64,000 nt of DNA from Botryllus schlosseri (lineage: Eukaryota), in the NCBI GenBank assembly GCA_051294905.1, contig CM119373.1, positions 5,334,001 to 5,398,000 on the forward strand, read 5' to 3'. This document shows, one piece after another, positions 63,176-64,000 of this stretch (its first letter is position 1; the number at the start of each line of letters is the position of its first letter). The notes under the pieces were generated by a model that searched no databases, was not told the origin of the DNA, and saw nothing but the letters and a program-made list of their open reading frames with translations. A program made the position numbers and the translations under genes.

Positions 63176-64000
63176 GTGAGTTTATGACACAAGCTTCCCT
63201 CATTCGAGAATGTGGAATGAGATAAATCAATGGCTATCAATAAATTACAATCCAAGGGGGCGTCATTAAGCGTTTATGCGTCGGAATTCCGAATGCCCCC
63301 ATCCGTTGCTAACAGGTTGGCAAAACATCACAGTAGGTCGCTTTTCTCCGATCCTGTAGTAATGAGTAGCATCATAGGTATTGCGAGTTCTAATCTTTAA
63401 TGACTGCTACTCTGAGAGTATCTTATATGTGCAGAATAAACAGAAGACATTTTCGAAAACCTGTCCTATCGAGCAAGACGTTTAAAATATCTGGAATTCC
63501 AGCACCTGCAAGCCCCATTTTTGTTAACTCATGCTGAAACGTACTGATAAGTGTATGCATATATTCATACCTGTATTTTTGAAGGTAGGGAAAAATAATA
63601 AAGCTTAATCCCCCATCAGTTGTTACATTTAGTCATTGTGACGTCTATGTATACAGGAATGCTAAGTTATTAACTTTTTTCATGAAATCCTATTGAATTC
63701 ATTAATAGGTCACGGAAAGTTAATATAATATTTATCATTAACAACGCGAGATTATATAGTGGGGTGGAAGCTATTATATAAAAGTACTCACGAGTCCTAA
63801 CCTTATACAAGGGATATGTTAAAAATAATGTTGAGAACTTTCTTCTAGTCTATAATCTAGACCAGGGGTTCCTAATATTTTTACCGCGGACTCCTCAATT
63901 TTTCTGAGTGTATGCGTGAACCCGTGAATCCGTGAAATTTGGAGCTCAAAAAGGAAAAAGATCATCACTGAAGCTCAGTCGTAATGACGACTTCATTGCG

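Larger units (their letters stand above)
61190..63870 (+). repeat. Diverged direct segmental duplication: unit A ~61190-62450, unit B ~62783-63870
   Basis: Collinear matches such as GTGAGTTTCCGATCGACAC (61495/62890), GTCCTATCGAGCAAGACGTTTAAA (62058/63463) and TAGTGGGGTGGAA (62341/63757). Confidence 0.92.

Overview
AT-rich, repeat-saturated metazoan genomic DNA, not prokaryotic. An invertebrate origin (possibly an ascidian) is only an inference. Almost all ORFs in the supplied track are spurious. Much of the window is nested transposon debris: many non-autonomous hAT elements with 8-bp TSDs, TA-TSD MITEs, two inverted copies of a ~2.1-kb CAC-terminal element, tRNA-derived SINEs, a decayed I-group LINE (gag-knuckle ORF1 plus RNase H), a 5'-truncated Penelope-like element (RT plus GIY-YIG) and a Chapaev3-like transposase relic. 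Three things are hidden in it. (i) A spliced + strand gene of phase-compatible exons spread over ~35 kb (18.7-53.7 kb) that reads as an Ig-like / CCP(Sushi) / Ig-like / stalk / TM receptor, followed by a probable second, partly decayed receptor gene with duplicated Ser/Thr-rich stalk exons (56.8-63.2 kb). (ii) A minimal type I hammerhead ribozyme motif in the Penelope terminal region, in four close copies plus one divergent copy. (iii) A ~55-nt U6 snRNA fragment inside one of the two CAC-terminal elements. All alignments and translations were done by eye, so boundaries not defined by TSDs or splice sites are approximate.
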